NCBI GenBank assembly: GCA_963705355.1 | Contig: OY970070.1 | Location: 287,741-351,740, forward strand | Direction of reading: 5' to 3' | Length of the DNA: 64,000 nucleotides | Source of the DNA: an uncultured Thermoplasmata archaeon | GTDB taxonomy: Archaea; Thermoplasmatota; Thermoplasmata; UBA10834 | Shown here: positions 8,924 to 17,978 of the stretch, in pieces | Position numbering within the stretch: the first letter of the stretch is position 1 | Layout of the letters: every line of letters begins with the position of its first letter | Program-made: the position numbers and the translations under genes | The notes under the pieces: generated by a model | The model's database searches: none | Seen by the model: the letters and a program-made list of their open reading frames with translations, nothing else | Told to the model about the DNA's origin: nothing

Positions 8924-10621
8924 ATGGATCCCCAGGAGCTACTGTCCCTCTGCAAACGCAGGGGATTTCTATGGCCGGCATACGACATCTACGGAGCGGT
9001 TGCGGGCCTCTATGACTACGGCCCTTTGGGCGCGGCCCTCAAGAGCAACATAGAGAACTACTGGAGGGCATTGTACGTCCTGGGCGAGGGCTTTCAGGAG
9101 ATATCATGTCCAATACTCGCCCCAGAGCCGGTATTCAAGGCTTCAGGGCATTTGGACGCCTTCTCTGACATGTATGTCGAGTGCACCAACTGCGGTGAGA
9201 CCTACCGCGCGGATCATCTTGCCGGTGGCCTGCACGACAACCCGGCGTCGTTGAGCGAAGAGAAGCTGAGGAGCTTGCTCATGGACAATGATGTGAGATG
9301 CCCCGAGTGCAAGGGCGAGCTCACGGCGCCCAAGCGCTTCAGCCTGATGTTCAAGACCTCGATAGGTGCCGGCAAGGGCAAGACGGCCTACCTGAGACCG
9401 GAAACAGCTCAGGGGATGTTTGTCAACTTCTCCCAGATCTACAGGCACGGCCGGGAGAAGCTGCCTGTGGGTGCTGTCCAGATCGGCCGATCGTTCAGGA
9501 ACGAGATATCTCCCCGCCAAGGGCTCTTGAGGCTCAGGGAGTTTTCGATGATGGAGGCCGAGCTTTTTGTGCACCCTGACGAGAAATCATGGCCCAGATT
9601 CAAAGAGGTCAAACATGAGAAGCTCCTGCTCGTTCCTAACGGCGGTGCACCCCGGACGATGACCTTGGATGAGGCCGTGAGATCCAAAGTGATCGTGAAC
9701 GAGATCCTTGCATACTTCATCTGGCTGACCCACAAGTTCGCCGTAGACATCGGGATGGATCCCAAGCGGCTCAGGTTTAGGCAGCACTTGAAGACTGAGA
9801 TGGCTCACTACGCAGCAGACTGCTGGGACCTCGAGGCCGAGATAGGATACGGCTGGGTCGAGATGGTCGGCGTCGCTGATCGCGGGAGCTACGATGTGCA
9901 GGCTCATATCAACCACTCAGGCGCGGACCTGACGGCATTCGAGCGGTTCGACGAGCCGAAAGAGGTGGAGCAGGAAGTGGTCAAGCCGAACTTCGGCGCG
10001 CTCGGGCCGCTCTTCAAGGGCAAAGCGAAACAGGTCGCCGAGGCCCTCGCGAAGATGACCGCAGGTTCTGTGAAGGGAAAGAAGGAGATCTCTGTGGAAA
10101 TCGGCGGGGAGAGACTGCAAGTTCCCTCCTCGTGTTTCGAGGTCTCCACAAGGAAGGAGAAGGTGTCCGGCCGAAAACTGGTCCCGCACGTGATTGAACC
10201 GTCTTACGGTGTGGACCGGATGCTGTACGCGGTGCTCGATCATTCGTATTGGAAGAAAGATGATTACGTCACCCTGCGGCTCAAGGGCCTCGTGGCGCCG
10301 ATCAAAGTCGGCGTGTTCCCGCTGATGGCCAAGGATGGTCTCGACGAGATAGCATCCAGGATTCTCGAAGCGGTCTTAAGGGCTGGCTTCGCGGCGTACT
10401 ACGATGATTCAGGATCGATTGGCCGTCGCTATGCGCGGATGGATGAGGTTGGGACGCCTTGCTGCGTGACCGTCGACTATGACACCAAGACCGACGGGAC
10501 CGTGACAATCAGAGAGAGGGATTCGGCCGATCAGATACGGATCAAGCAGGAGCTAGTGCCTAGGGCCGTCGGCGCGCTTCTCTCTGGAGCGAATCTTGGA
10601 TCCCTACCCAAACTGAAGTGA
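8924..10621 (+). CDS. glyS: Glycine--tRNA ligase (archaeal/eukaryal-type class II)
   Basis: N-terminus RRGFLWPAYDIYGAVAGLYDYGPLG. Class II motifs (FRNEISPRQGLLRLREFSMMEAE) and a C-terminal anticodon-binding domain. Confidence 0.9.
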   Translation: MDPQELLSLCKRRGFLWPAYDIYGAVAGLYDYGPLGAALKSNIENYWRALYVLGEGFQEISCPILAPEPVFKASGHLDAFSDMYVECTNCGETYRADHLAGGLHDNPASLSEEKLRSLLMDNDVRCPECKGELTAPKRFSLMFKTSIGAGKGKTAYLRPETAQGMFVNFSQIYRHGREKLPVGAVQIGRSFRNEISPRQGLLRLREFSMMEAELFVHPDEKSWPRFKEVKHEKLLLVPNGGAPRTMTLDEAVRSKVIVNEILAYFIWLTHKFAVDIGMDPKRLRFRQHLKTEMAHYAADCWDLEAEIGYGWVEMVGVADRGSYDVQAHINHSGADLTAFERFDEPKEVEQEVVKPNFGALGPLFKGKAKQVAEALAKMTAGSVKGKKEISVEIGGERLQVPSSCFEVSTRKEKVSGRKLVPHVIEPSYGVDRMLYAVLDHSYWKKDDYVTLRLKGLVAPIKVGVFPLMAKDGLDEIASRILEAVLRAGFAAYYDDSGSIGRRYARMDEVGTPCCVTVDYDTKTDGTVTIRERDSADQIRIKQELVPRAVGALLSGANLGSLPKLK

Positions 10622-10638
10622 GGAGAAGAAGGTCCGAC

Positions 10639-11961
10639 ATGTCTTTGTCATCTTCTAAGAGTTCTTCCGGGATAGATGACTTCCCGACGCCAATCGACCT
10701 CTCGGGCGTGTTCAGGAAGTACATCGGCAAACAGGTCAGCTACGCCACGCACGGGATTCACAGGTACCCCGCGAAGTTCATTCCCCAGATCCCGAGGTTC
10801 TGCATCGAATCGTATTCCGAGGTCGGGGACGATGTGCTCGATCCGTTCATGGGTTCCGGTACGACGCTGCTTGAATCCTTCATTCTCGGGAGGAACAGTT
10901 ACGGGATAGACATCCATCCGCTTGCACGGCTGATCGCGAAAGTCAAGACGACTCCTCTGAATCCGGAAACACTCTCGATGATGGCCGACAAGCTACTCTC
11001 TGACATCCGCAGCGAAACCGGAGAAAACGACTCCTGGATTCCTGAGATCCCCAATCGCGAGCACTGGTTCAGACCTCACGTTCTCTCCGAGCTAGCCACC
11101 ATCAAGAAGCACGTCTGGGGTCTCAGAGAGGGCGACTTCAAGGACTTCTTCAAGACATGTTTCTCATCCATCATCCGCGGGGTTTCCAACTCCGACGATG
11201 ATTCTCTGATCCCCGAGGTCACGACGTTCCACAAGAAGTTGGACGAGCAGGGAAAGACCTCATACGACGCTTTGTCAAGGTTCGAGAATGCCGTCAGGAA
11301 CAAGACGATCGACGCCAGGGATTTCTGGAGGCTGACACAGGAGGTGCTGAGGAAGCACAGAAGAGCCCCTGCGGTGAACATCGTTGGAAACGATGCAAGG
11401 GATATCGCCCTTGATGATAGCTCCATCGACCTTGCAGTCACCTCTCCCCCTTATGCGAGCGCAGTCCACTATGTCGGCGTTCACAAACTGGAGATGTACT
11501 GGCTCGACCTCATCAAGAGCACTGCGGAACTCGACAGCAGGGTCATCGGCACGTCGAGAGCATATGTGCGCGAGTACAGATCCTGGCAGCCGAACTCGAA
11601 TATCCCTGGGCTCATGCGCATTCTCGACGAATTGATGCTCAGAGACAGAAAGAGCGCTTACCTAGTGTACAGGTATTTCGATGAGATGAGGAAGAACTTC
11701 AACGAGGTGAACAGAGTGCTGAATCGGAACGGCAAGTACTGCGTCGTTGTAGGCGAAAACACATTCCGCAAGGTCCGAATACCTACGTACAGGATCCTGG
11801 CCAGCATCGCGAAGCGTTCAGGATTCGAAGTGGAGAAGTCCTATGTTTACGATGTCATAAACAGGCACATGGACATTCCAAGATGGAACGACAGCAGGAT
11901 CGAGAGGGACTACATCTTAGTTCTCAACAAGACGCGCAAGTCATTCGAGGGCTCCTTGTAG
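10639..11961 (+). CDS. Site-specific DNA methyltransferase with an SPPY catalytic motif (N4-cytosine/N6-adenine amino-methyltransferase family; SPPY favours m4C)
   Basis: HRYPAKF followed by DPFMGSGTT (AdoMet motif I), and later VTSPPYASAVHY (motif IV). No endonuclease gene is adjacent. Confidence 0.75.
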   Translation: MSLSSSKSSSGIDDFPTPIDLSGVFRKYIGKQVSYATHGIHRYPAKFIPQIPRFCIESYSEVGDDVLDPFMGSGTTLLESFILGRNSYGIDIHPLARLIAKVKTTPLNPETLSMMADKLLSDIRSETGENDSWIPEIPNREHWFRPHVLSELATIKKHVWGLREGDFKDFFKTCFSSIIRGVSNSDDDSLIPEVTTFHKKLDEQGKTSYDALSRFENAVRNKTIDARDFWRLTQEVLRKHRRAPAVNIVGNDARDIALDDSSIDLAVTSPPYASAVHYVGVHKLEMYWLDLIKSTAELDSRVIGTSRAYVREYRSWQPNSNIPGLMRILDELMLRDRKSAYLVYRYFDEMRKNFNEVNRVLNRNGKYCVVVGENTFRKVRIPTYRILASIAKRSGFEVEKSYVYDVINRHMDIPRWNDSRIERDYILVLNKTRKSFEGSL

Positions 11962-12124
11962 TGCTCATGTTCTCCGATTCAAGATGCGATTGATACTCAA
12001 CGGGCGTTGAATCGCTGTGGCATGACCGCGGGCAATCACCGGACATGATGAAGCGCAGCGCCAGTGTCGCGAGAATAGCTTTATTCAGCCTTTCATCCTT
12101 ATCTCACGTCTGAGGGATGGGACC

Positions 12125-12667
12125 GTGGCTAGTGATTTGCCCCTGAAGTTCAGGTTGTCCAGATTGACAGTCGAGAGCCTCAGAAACCTCTGTGATTCTC
12201 AGAATGTCGCAGGCGGTTGGAATCTCCTGAAGGAGCAATTGGTTGGCTTTGTGCAGGCGAACATCGACCGCAGAACCCTGGAGGGCTTCTGCCGTGCCCA
12301 GGAAGAGATCTACTTCGTCGAGGGCATGGCGAAAGCAATCAAATGGTCTGCAAGCAAGAAGATCGTCGATCTGGACCCCGATAGCGATCACACCCTTGCC
12401 AATGCCGTGTTCACCATGAAACGTTCGGACGGATGGGAGGTATACAACGTCCGGTTCGTGAACCAAACCACAGACGACATCGCGACCTCATGCGAGTGCG
12501 TGGATTTCAGGGACAAGGGGTACTTCTGCCCTCACCAGATGGCGGTGTTGGTGCGATGCCTCGCAGAGGGCCTGTTTGCTCTCGATCAGTGGACGGGCCC
12601 TATGACTCCGGAGGCAGAGGATTTGATTCTCGCGAATGTCTTCAGGAGAAAGAGGCCCGCAAGGTAG
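12125..12667 (+). CDS. SWIM-zinc-finger-like protein (hypothetical)
   Basis: CxCx(n)CxH pattern CECVDFRDKGYFCPHQMAV. GTG start preceded by a GAGGGA RBS. Confidence 0.45.
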   Translation: MASDLPLKFRLSRLTVESLRNLCDSQNVAGGWNLLKEQLVGFVQANIDRRTLEGFCRAQEEIYFVEGMAKAIKWSASKKIVDLDPDSDHTLANAVFTMKRSDGWEVYNVRFVNQTTDDIATSCECVDFRDKGYFCPHQMAVLVRCLAEGLFALDQWTGPMTPEAEDLILANVFRRKRPAR

Positions 12668-12746
12668 ATTCCTTTGTAGAATGGAGGCCGTCCAGCTTCT
12701 TCGTTGAACAAGGTTTATCTACGCTTACTCGTTTGTCCCGAAAGTC

Positions 12747-15368
12747 ATGGCACAATACGATTGGCGAGAGAGCGAGCCAAAGTGGCAGGCCAAATGGAAG
12801 GGGTGGGAGATCTACCGTTTTGACCCAAAGTCCAGGAGAAGAGTCTACAGCATAGACAATCCCCCGAGGTACGCCTCCGGAGCTCTGCATTTGGGCCATG
12901 CCTACGGGTACACGGTCATAGATTTCGCCGCCAGGTACAAGCGACTTAGAGGATACAATGTCTTCTTCCCGCTCTGTTTCGATGTGAACGGGACGCCTGT
13001 CGAAGTGCGCGTGGAGAAGGTCAAGGGGATAAAAGCCTCAGATGTTCCCCGCCAGGATTTCATACAGATGTGCAGAGAGTTCGCCGAGAAGCACATCGGC
13101 GAGATGGTTCACCAGTTCGAGATTCTCGGCGAGAGCATGGACCCGAGCATCTACTACCAAACCGATGCGGAGTACTACAGGCGGCTGACACAGATCTCCT
13201 TCATTCGGATGTTCAAGAAGGGTCTGGTCTACAAGGGTCACTTCCCCATCAACTGGTGCACAAGGTGCGGGACTGCGCTCGCAGAGGCGGAGGTAGAATA
13301 CGAGCCCCGAAAGACGAAGCTGAACTACATCAAGTTCACAGAGACTGAGTCTGGCAAGGAAGTGCTCATCGCCACGACAAGGCCCGAGCTGCTGAGCACG
13401 TGTCTTCTGGTCGCGGTTCATCCGGAGGACGCGTCCAAGAAGGACCTGGTCGGGAAAGAACTGCTGGTGCCAGTCTACAACAGGAAGGTGAAGGTCGTTG
13501 CGGACCCGAAAGTGGAGCCATCCTTCGGCACCGGCACAGTGATGATCTGCTCGATCGGGGATAAGGACGATCTTGAGTGGATCATGAAATACAATCTGCC
13601 GCTGGAGAAGGGCATAGACGAATCCGGCGTCATGACCTCACTCGCCGGCAAGTACGCGGGCATGAATGTGGTTGATGCGCGAAAGACAATCATCGAGGAT
13701 ATGAAGCGTGCGGGGCTGCTCGTGAAGCAAGAGGATCTTGACCAGAACGTAGGTGAGTGCTGGAGATGCAACACCCCCATCGAGTTCATCAAGGTCCCAC
13801 AATGGTTCATCAGGAGCCTTCAGTTCAAGGCCCAGGTCCTCGAGATGATTGACCAGATCGATTGGAACCCGGAATTCATGAAGATCAGGATCCAGAACTG
13901 GGTGAATTCCCTCGCGTGGGACTGGGTCATATCAAGGCAGAGGTACTTCGCCACAGCGATACCCCTTTGGGAGTGCCGGGACTGCGGCAATGTCCTCCTT
14001 GCAGAGGAGCACGAATGCTATGTGGATCCGACCGCAAAACCCCCGAAGGTCGACAAGTGCGAGGTGTGCGGGGGGAAGTATGTCGGGTCGACCGAGGTGT
14101 TCGACACCTGGATGGATTCCAGCATCTCTCCCCTCTTCAACACGTACTGGGAGAGAGACGAGAGACTGTTCAAGAGGCTATATCCCATGTCCATGAGGCC
14201 CCAGGGTCTCGAGATAATCCGGACATGGGCCTACTACACAATTCTGCGCGAGATGTTGCTCATCGGGGAGAAGCCTTGGAATGAGACTATGATTCACGGT
14301 TTCATCATGGCCCCCGACGGAACACCAATGCATGCGTCCGCCGGGAATGTCATCGACCCGATGCCGCTGCTTGAAAAGCACGGCGGGGACGCGATGAGGT
14401 ACTATGCGGCCACGTGTGCCCTCGGCATCGATCACGCGTTCAAAGAGCAAGAGCTCGTCCGCGGCGGGAGGCTCGCGACGAAGACCTGGAACGTAATGCG
14501 GATGGTGGGATCTGCCTGCAAGACGAAGCCCAGGAAGCCCAAGAAGATGCACACTGTTGATGAGTGGATACTCAGTCGGTTCGGGAAGCTGATTCTGCAG
14601 GTAGAGAAGGCCAGCGACAAGTATCGGTTCGACCAGGCCATGGCCGCGACAGAAGATTTTATGTGGCATGAGTTCGCGGACCACTACATCGAATTGGTGA
14701 AGCACAGGGCCTACAGTGACAAGGACGCAGGCGCTAGATACGCTCTCTACACTGTTGGTCTGGGCTTGCTCAAGCTGATATCCGTTTTTCTGCCGCATGT
14801 TGCCGAGGACGCATATCAGCTGAACTTCAAGGAACACGAGAAATCCATCAGCATCCACGTCTCTGAATGGCCAGAGCCTCCAAAGGAGAGTGAAGACTCT
14901 GAGAGGAAGGGAGAATCGATCAAGCAGATCGTCGCATCGGTCCGTTCCTGGAAGTCGTCGAAAGGGCTCTCGCTGAACGCTGAGATCAAAAGGGTCGAAA
15001 TCGTTGGGCCCGAGGCGGCCGACGTGATTGCGGGCTCGGAGAGCGACATCAAGGAGACCCTCAAGGCTAAGGAACTTGAGGTCCGCGCGGATGTCGCGTT
15101 GAAAGAGACAGTGTCGCGATTGAGGCCTGTGCACTCCAGGCTTGGGCCCTCTTTCAGGAAGGACGCGAAGGAGATCGCAGAGAAACTCGCGTCGATGCGT
15201 GGTTCTGGTGTCTTGGCCCCAGACAAGGGGGTTCTGATCAAGATGAGCGACGGAAGAGAAATCGCATTGTCTCCCGAGTTCTTCGAGGTCGAGAGGAAGG
15301 TCACTTCAGACAAAGGTGAGCTCGAGCAATTCATGGTCAACGAGTTCTCGGTGCTGGTGTATCAGTAG
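12747..15368 (+). CDS. valS: Valine--tRNA ligase (archaeal type)
   Basis: Class I HIGH motif (HLGHAYGY) and ValRS-type blocks (DWDWVISRQRYFATAIPLWEC, RPQGLEIIRTWAYYTI, GNVIDP...GGDAMRYY). The KMSKS position reads PMHAS (see findings). Confidence 0.85.
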   Translation: MAQYDWRESEPKWQAKWKGWEIYRFDPKSRRRVYSIDNPPRYASGALHLGHAYGYTVIDFAARYKRLRGYNVFFPLCFDVNGTPVEVRVEKVKGIKASDVPRQDFIQMCREFAEKHIGEMVHQFEILGESMDPSIYYQTDAEYYRRLTQISFIRMFKKGLVYKGHFPINWCTRCGTALAEAEVEYEPRKTKLNYIKFTETESGKEVLIATTRPELLSTCLLVAVHPEDASKKDLVGKELLVPVYNRKVKVVADPKVEPSFGTGTVMICSIGDKDDLEWIMKYNLPLEKGIDESGVMTSLAGKYAGMNVVDARKTIIEDMKRAGLLVKQEDLDQNVGECWRCNTPIEFIKVPQWFIRSLQFKAQVLEMIDQIDWNPEFMKIRIQNWVNSLAWDWVISRQRYFATAIPLWECRDCGNVLLAEEHECYVDPTAKPPKVDKCEVCGGKYVGSTEVFDTWMDSSISPLFNTYWERDERLFKRLYPMSMRPQGLEIIRTWAYYTILREMLLIGEKPWNETMIHGFIMAPDGTPMHASAGNVIDPMPLLEKHGGDAMRYYAATCALGIDHAFKEQELVRGGRLATKTWNVMRMVGSACKTKPRKPKKMHTVDEWILSRFGKLILQVEKASDKYRFDQAMAATEDFMWHEFADHYIELVKHRAYSDKDAGARYALYTVGLGLLKLISVFLPHVAEDAYQLNFKEHEKSISIHVSEWPEPPKESEDSERKGESIKQIVASVRSWKSSKGLSLNAEIKRVEIVGPEAADVIAGSESDIKETLKAKELEVRADVALKETVSRLRPVHSRLGPSFRKDAKEIAEKLASMRGSGVLAPDKGVLIKMSDGREIALSPEFFEVERKVTSDKGELEQFMVNEFSVLVYQ

Positions 15369-15399
15369 CGGTCTTCCAGCAGCTACCGTAACTCGACAG

Positions 15400-15408
15400 T
15401 TTATAATA
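15400..15408 (+). promoter_or_regulatory. TATA box (TTTATAATA) ~26 nt upstream of ATG 15434
   Basis: AT-rich box with the expected spacing for a leaderless archaeal transcript. Confidence 0.4.
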
Positions 15409-15433
15409 GTGCGATTGTGATTTGCAGCTGAAC

Positions 15434-15712
15434 ATGGACAAAAAGGACGAAGTCGTCGAAGTGCTTCGAAGCGTTCTCGACCCGCACACCGGCGTCAGCG
15501 TCTACGAAATGGGTCTGGTCTCGGACCTCGTGGTCACGGGGGATTCTGTAAGCCTCACATTCATGCCCACAAGCCCGTTCTGCCCAGTGGGGGTTGAGCT
15601 TGCTAAATCCATCAGGGACCATATCCTGTCAATCGAGGGAATGAAGAGCTGCAATGTGAAGGTAGTTGGGCATATCCGCGCGGATCAGATCAATGAGGCG
15701 CTCAGCGCCTAG
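15434..15712 (+). CDS. DUF59 / MIP18-family Fe-S cluster assembly-related protein
   Basis: ~92 aa. The block SVLDPHTGVSVYEMGLV...FMPTSPFCPV is typical of the DUF59 (SufT/PaaD-like) family. Confidence 0.6.
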   Translation: MDKKDEVVEVLRSVLDPHTGVSVYEMGLVSDLVVTGDSVSLTFMPTSPFCPVGVELAKSIRDHILSIEGMKSCNVKVVGHIRADQINEALSA

Positions 15713-17114
15713 CGGGATTCCTTATCAAATCGATTTTCACACGCTTGTTCTGGATAGAGTATTGCTCGAGTCCCTTCATGGCTCTGAATGCGACGCTCTT
15801 ATGGATATCAAGGCGACTTGACTCGTCTCCGACCTCGACCGTACCTATCAGATGCTCGATGATACCGGTCTTGCGTTCGATGAACCGTATCAGGTCGACC
15901 ATCCCCACTCCGTCTCTCTTGCCGATGTTGATTCTGAAAGGCACCATACCGAAATGGTCAGCGTACTCCTCGAGATCCAGCTGTTTCTTCACCGTGTCCC
16001 TGCCCTGCGACTCGGGGACATCGTGCTCCTCGAGCTTGGTCCTCCCGAACATCTCAATTGCCTTCACCAGGTACTGCTCCTGCTGGCCCACGAAGGTGAT
16101 TGCCTTCCCGGATTTCCCCGCTCTTGCCGTCCTCCCTATTCTATGCACATAATCCTCGGGGTTCTCAGGTATGTCGTAGTTGATTACGTGGGTCACGTCT
16201 TCGATGTCCAGACCTCTTGCCGCAACATCCGTTGCGATGAGTATCCTCAGCTTGCCAGACCTGAATTTCTGCATGACTTTGTCCCTGACAGCCTGAGTCA
16301 GGTCTCCGTGGATGGCATCCGCAGAGTAGCCATAAGCCCGGAGCTTGTGTGCGAGCATGTCCACCATCTTCTTGGTCGAACAGAACACCATCGCCAGGGC
16401 AGGTTTCTCGATGTCCAGAATCCTGCAGAGGGCCCAGAGCTTGTTCTTCCTTCCCACGTTTATGTAGACCTGTTGCGCCTGGGGGACCGTGAGCGAGTCC
16501 TGGCTTATTATGACCTCCTTGGGGTTCCTCATGTATCTGCGCGCAAGTTCCTTGATCGCGTCTGGGAGGGTCGCGGAGAAGAGCATCGTCTGCCTGTTCT
16601 TCGGCACGCTCTGAAGTATCCACTCGATGTCATCTATGAATCCCATGTCAAGCATGCGATCGGCTTCATCCAGTACCAGGAACCTGACCCCCTCGAACGA
16701 GAGCTCTCCCCTCCTCATCAGGTCCATGACCCTTCCTGGGGTGCCAACAACGATCTCCACGCCCTTCCGGAGCTTGTCTGTCTGGACGTTGATCGACTGC
16801 CCTCCATAAATGGCAATAGACCTGACGTCCGAGTACTTGGCCAGTTCCGCGAAGTCTCCCGCGACCTGCATGGCGAGCTCCCTCGTGGGGACTAGCACGA
16901 GGCATTGAATCCTCCTCGACTTCTCCAGCTTTTCTATGATCGGGAGTGCGAATGCTCCCGTCTTGCCGGTTCCAGTCTGAGCCTGAGCCATCAGGTCTTG
17001 GTTGACCTGCGCCAAGGGTATTACTTGCTCTTGGACTGGTGTGGGATCCTCCCATTCCTGGTCCTTGATGGCTCTCAGAACGTTTTGATCATGAACTAGT
17101 GAGCTGAAATCCAT
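15702..17114 (-). CDS. DEAD-box ATP-dependent RNA helicase with a C-terminal DbpA-type RNA-binding domain
   Basis: Q motif, AQTGTGKT (motif I), VLDEADRMLDMGF (DEAD), SAT, HRIGRTARAG and an RNA-recognition-like C-terminus. Confidence 0.9.
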   Translation of the reverse strand: MDFSSLVHDQNVLRAIKDQEWEDPTPVQEQVIPLAQVNQDLMAQAQTGTGKTGAFALPIIEKLEKSRRIQCLVLVPTRELAMQVAGDFAELAKYSDVRSIAIYGGQSINVQTDKLRKGVEIVVGTPGRVMDLMRRGELSFEGVRFLVLDEADRMLDMGFIDDIEWILQSVPKNRQTMLFSATLPDAIKELARRYMRNPKEVIISQDSLTVPQAQQVYINVGRKNKLWALCRILDIEKPALAMVFCSTKKMVDMLAHKLRAYGYSADAIHGDLTQAVRDKVMQKFRSGKLRILIATDVAARGLDIEDVTHVINYDIPENPEDYVHRIGRTARAGKSGKAITFVGQQEQYLVKAIEMFGRTKLEEHDVPESQGRDTVKKQLDLEEYADHFGMVPFRINIGKRDGVGMVDLIRFIERKTGIIEHLIGTVEVGDESSRLDIHKSVAFRAMKGLEQYSIQNKRVKIDLIRNPARR

Positions 17115-17222
17115 TCTCTCGATCTTCCGTCTCGCTTGTCGCCCGAGCTAAACTTATCGCACTATTTTAATCCATTGAGCATTCATACCTGTTCTAGGGT
17201 TCAGCTGGAGAGGAAGTACCAG

Positions 17223-17864
17223 ATGATGGCCAAAGCGCGAGAAGCCTGGCAGAGGCTCTACTCGAAACACGGACTCCAGTACGGAGGGAGCGGAGACATC
17301 GGACCTCTGGCACCCCATCTCAAGCCCGGGATGGTCGTCCTTGATGCGGGCTGCGGTGATGGGAAGACCACAGAGATCCTCGCCGGGAAGTGCGAAGTCG
17401 TTGGCTGCGACTTCTCCAGGGAGGCACTCGTTTCTCTCAGGTCGGAGCGCGACCGAGAAGGACTCGTGAATCTGGTAGAATGCAACATAATGAATCTTCC
17501 GTTTGAACCTGAAAAGTTCGATGCTGTCTCATGCGTTCATACCCTGTCACATATGCTCGAAAAGGATCGGGCCGCTGCCGCGCGAGAGATTGCCCGAGTC
17601 CTGAAGTCGGGCGGACATCTGTTCATCGAGGGGTTCGGCAAGGCTGATGTGAGGTTCGGCGAGGGTCAGGAAACCGAGGACTCGTCCTTCCTGAGGGGAA
17701 ACGGGATTCTGACTCATTACTTTCAGGATGGAGAGATACCTGCGCTCTTCGAAGGCATGGAGCTGATTTCCGAGATTGGGACCCTCAAACGCGTGTCCTT
17801 AGGTGCGATTGCCGGCAAGCGAGACCTCAGGAGGGCTCTCTTGAGGAAGACTCCAAACGATTGA
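17223..17864 (+). CDS. Class I SAM-dependent methyltransferase
   Basis: VLDAGCGDGK (motif I) and an acidic residue after the beta-2 strand. Start chosen at the ATG after a TATA-like TATTTTAAT box; the track TTG start at 17136 is doubtful. Confidence 0.6.
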   Translation: MMAKAREAWQRLYSKHGLQYGGSGDIGPLAPHLKPGMVVLDAGCGDGKTTEILAGKCEVVGCDFSREALVSLRSERDREGLVNLVECNIMNLPFEPEKFDAVSCVHTLSHMLEKDRAAAAREIARVLKSGGHLFIEGFGKADVRFGEGQETEDSSFLRGNGILTHYFQDGEIPALFEGMELISEIGTLKRVSLGAIAGKRDLRRALLRKTPND

Positions 17865-17874
17865 GAATACTGAG

Positions 17875-17948
17875 TGCGGCCGCCGGGATTTGAACCCGAG
17901 TTTTGAGCTTGGCAAGCTCAAGTGATAACCAGGCTACACTACAGCCGC
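17875..17948 (-). tRNA. tRNA-Gly (anticodon GCC)
   Basis: Reverse complement GCGGCTGTAGTGTAGCCTGGTTATCACTTGAGCTTGCCAAGCTCAAAACTCGGGTTCAAATCCCGGCGGCCGCA folds as a cloverleaf. Anticodon loop TTGCCAA, T-arm CGGGTTCAAATCCCG, 7-bp acceptor stem. Confidence 0.85.
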
Positions 17949-17978
17949 ATCGTTTGAGGTTCAATACAGACGGGCGAT

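Noticed and set aside
11962-12124. Restriction endonuclease partner for the SPPY methyltransferase
   Set aside because: The only nearby ORFs are the SWIM-like protein and valS. Neither has PD-(D/E)xK or HNH signatures recognisable by eye. The MTase is treated as an orphan.
14178-15134. Long antisense ORFs, e.g. 14178-15134(-), 15852-16895(+), 5280-5987(+), 22450-23130(-), 27901-28671(-), 32235-33017(-), 33316-34059(-), 58632-59279(-)
   Set aside because: Each lies opposite a gene with strong family-specific motifs (valS, DEAD-box helicase, PrsW, surface protein, APC transporter, prenyltransferase-like, DUF72, QueG-like). High GC content suppresses stop codons in antisense frames. Their translations have low-complexity Arg/Pro/Gly-rich composition and no recognisable motifs.
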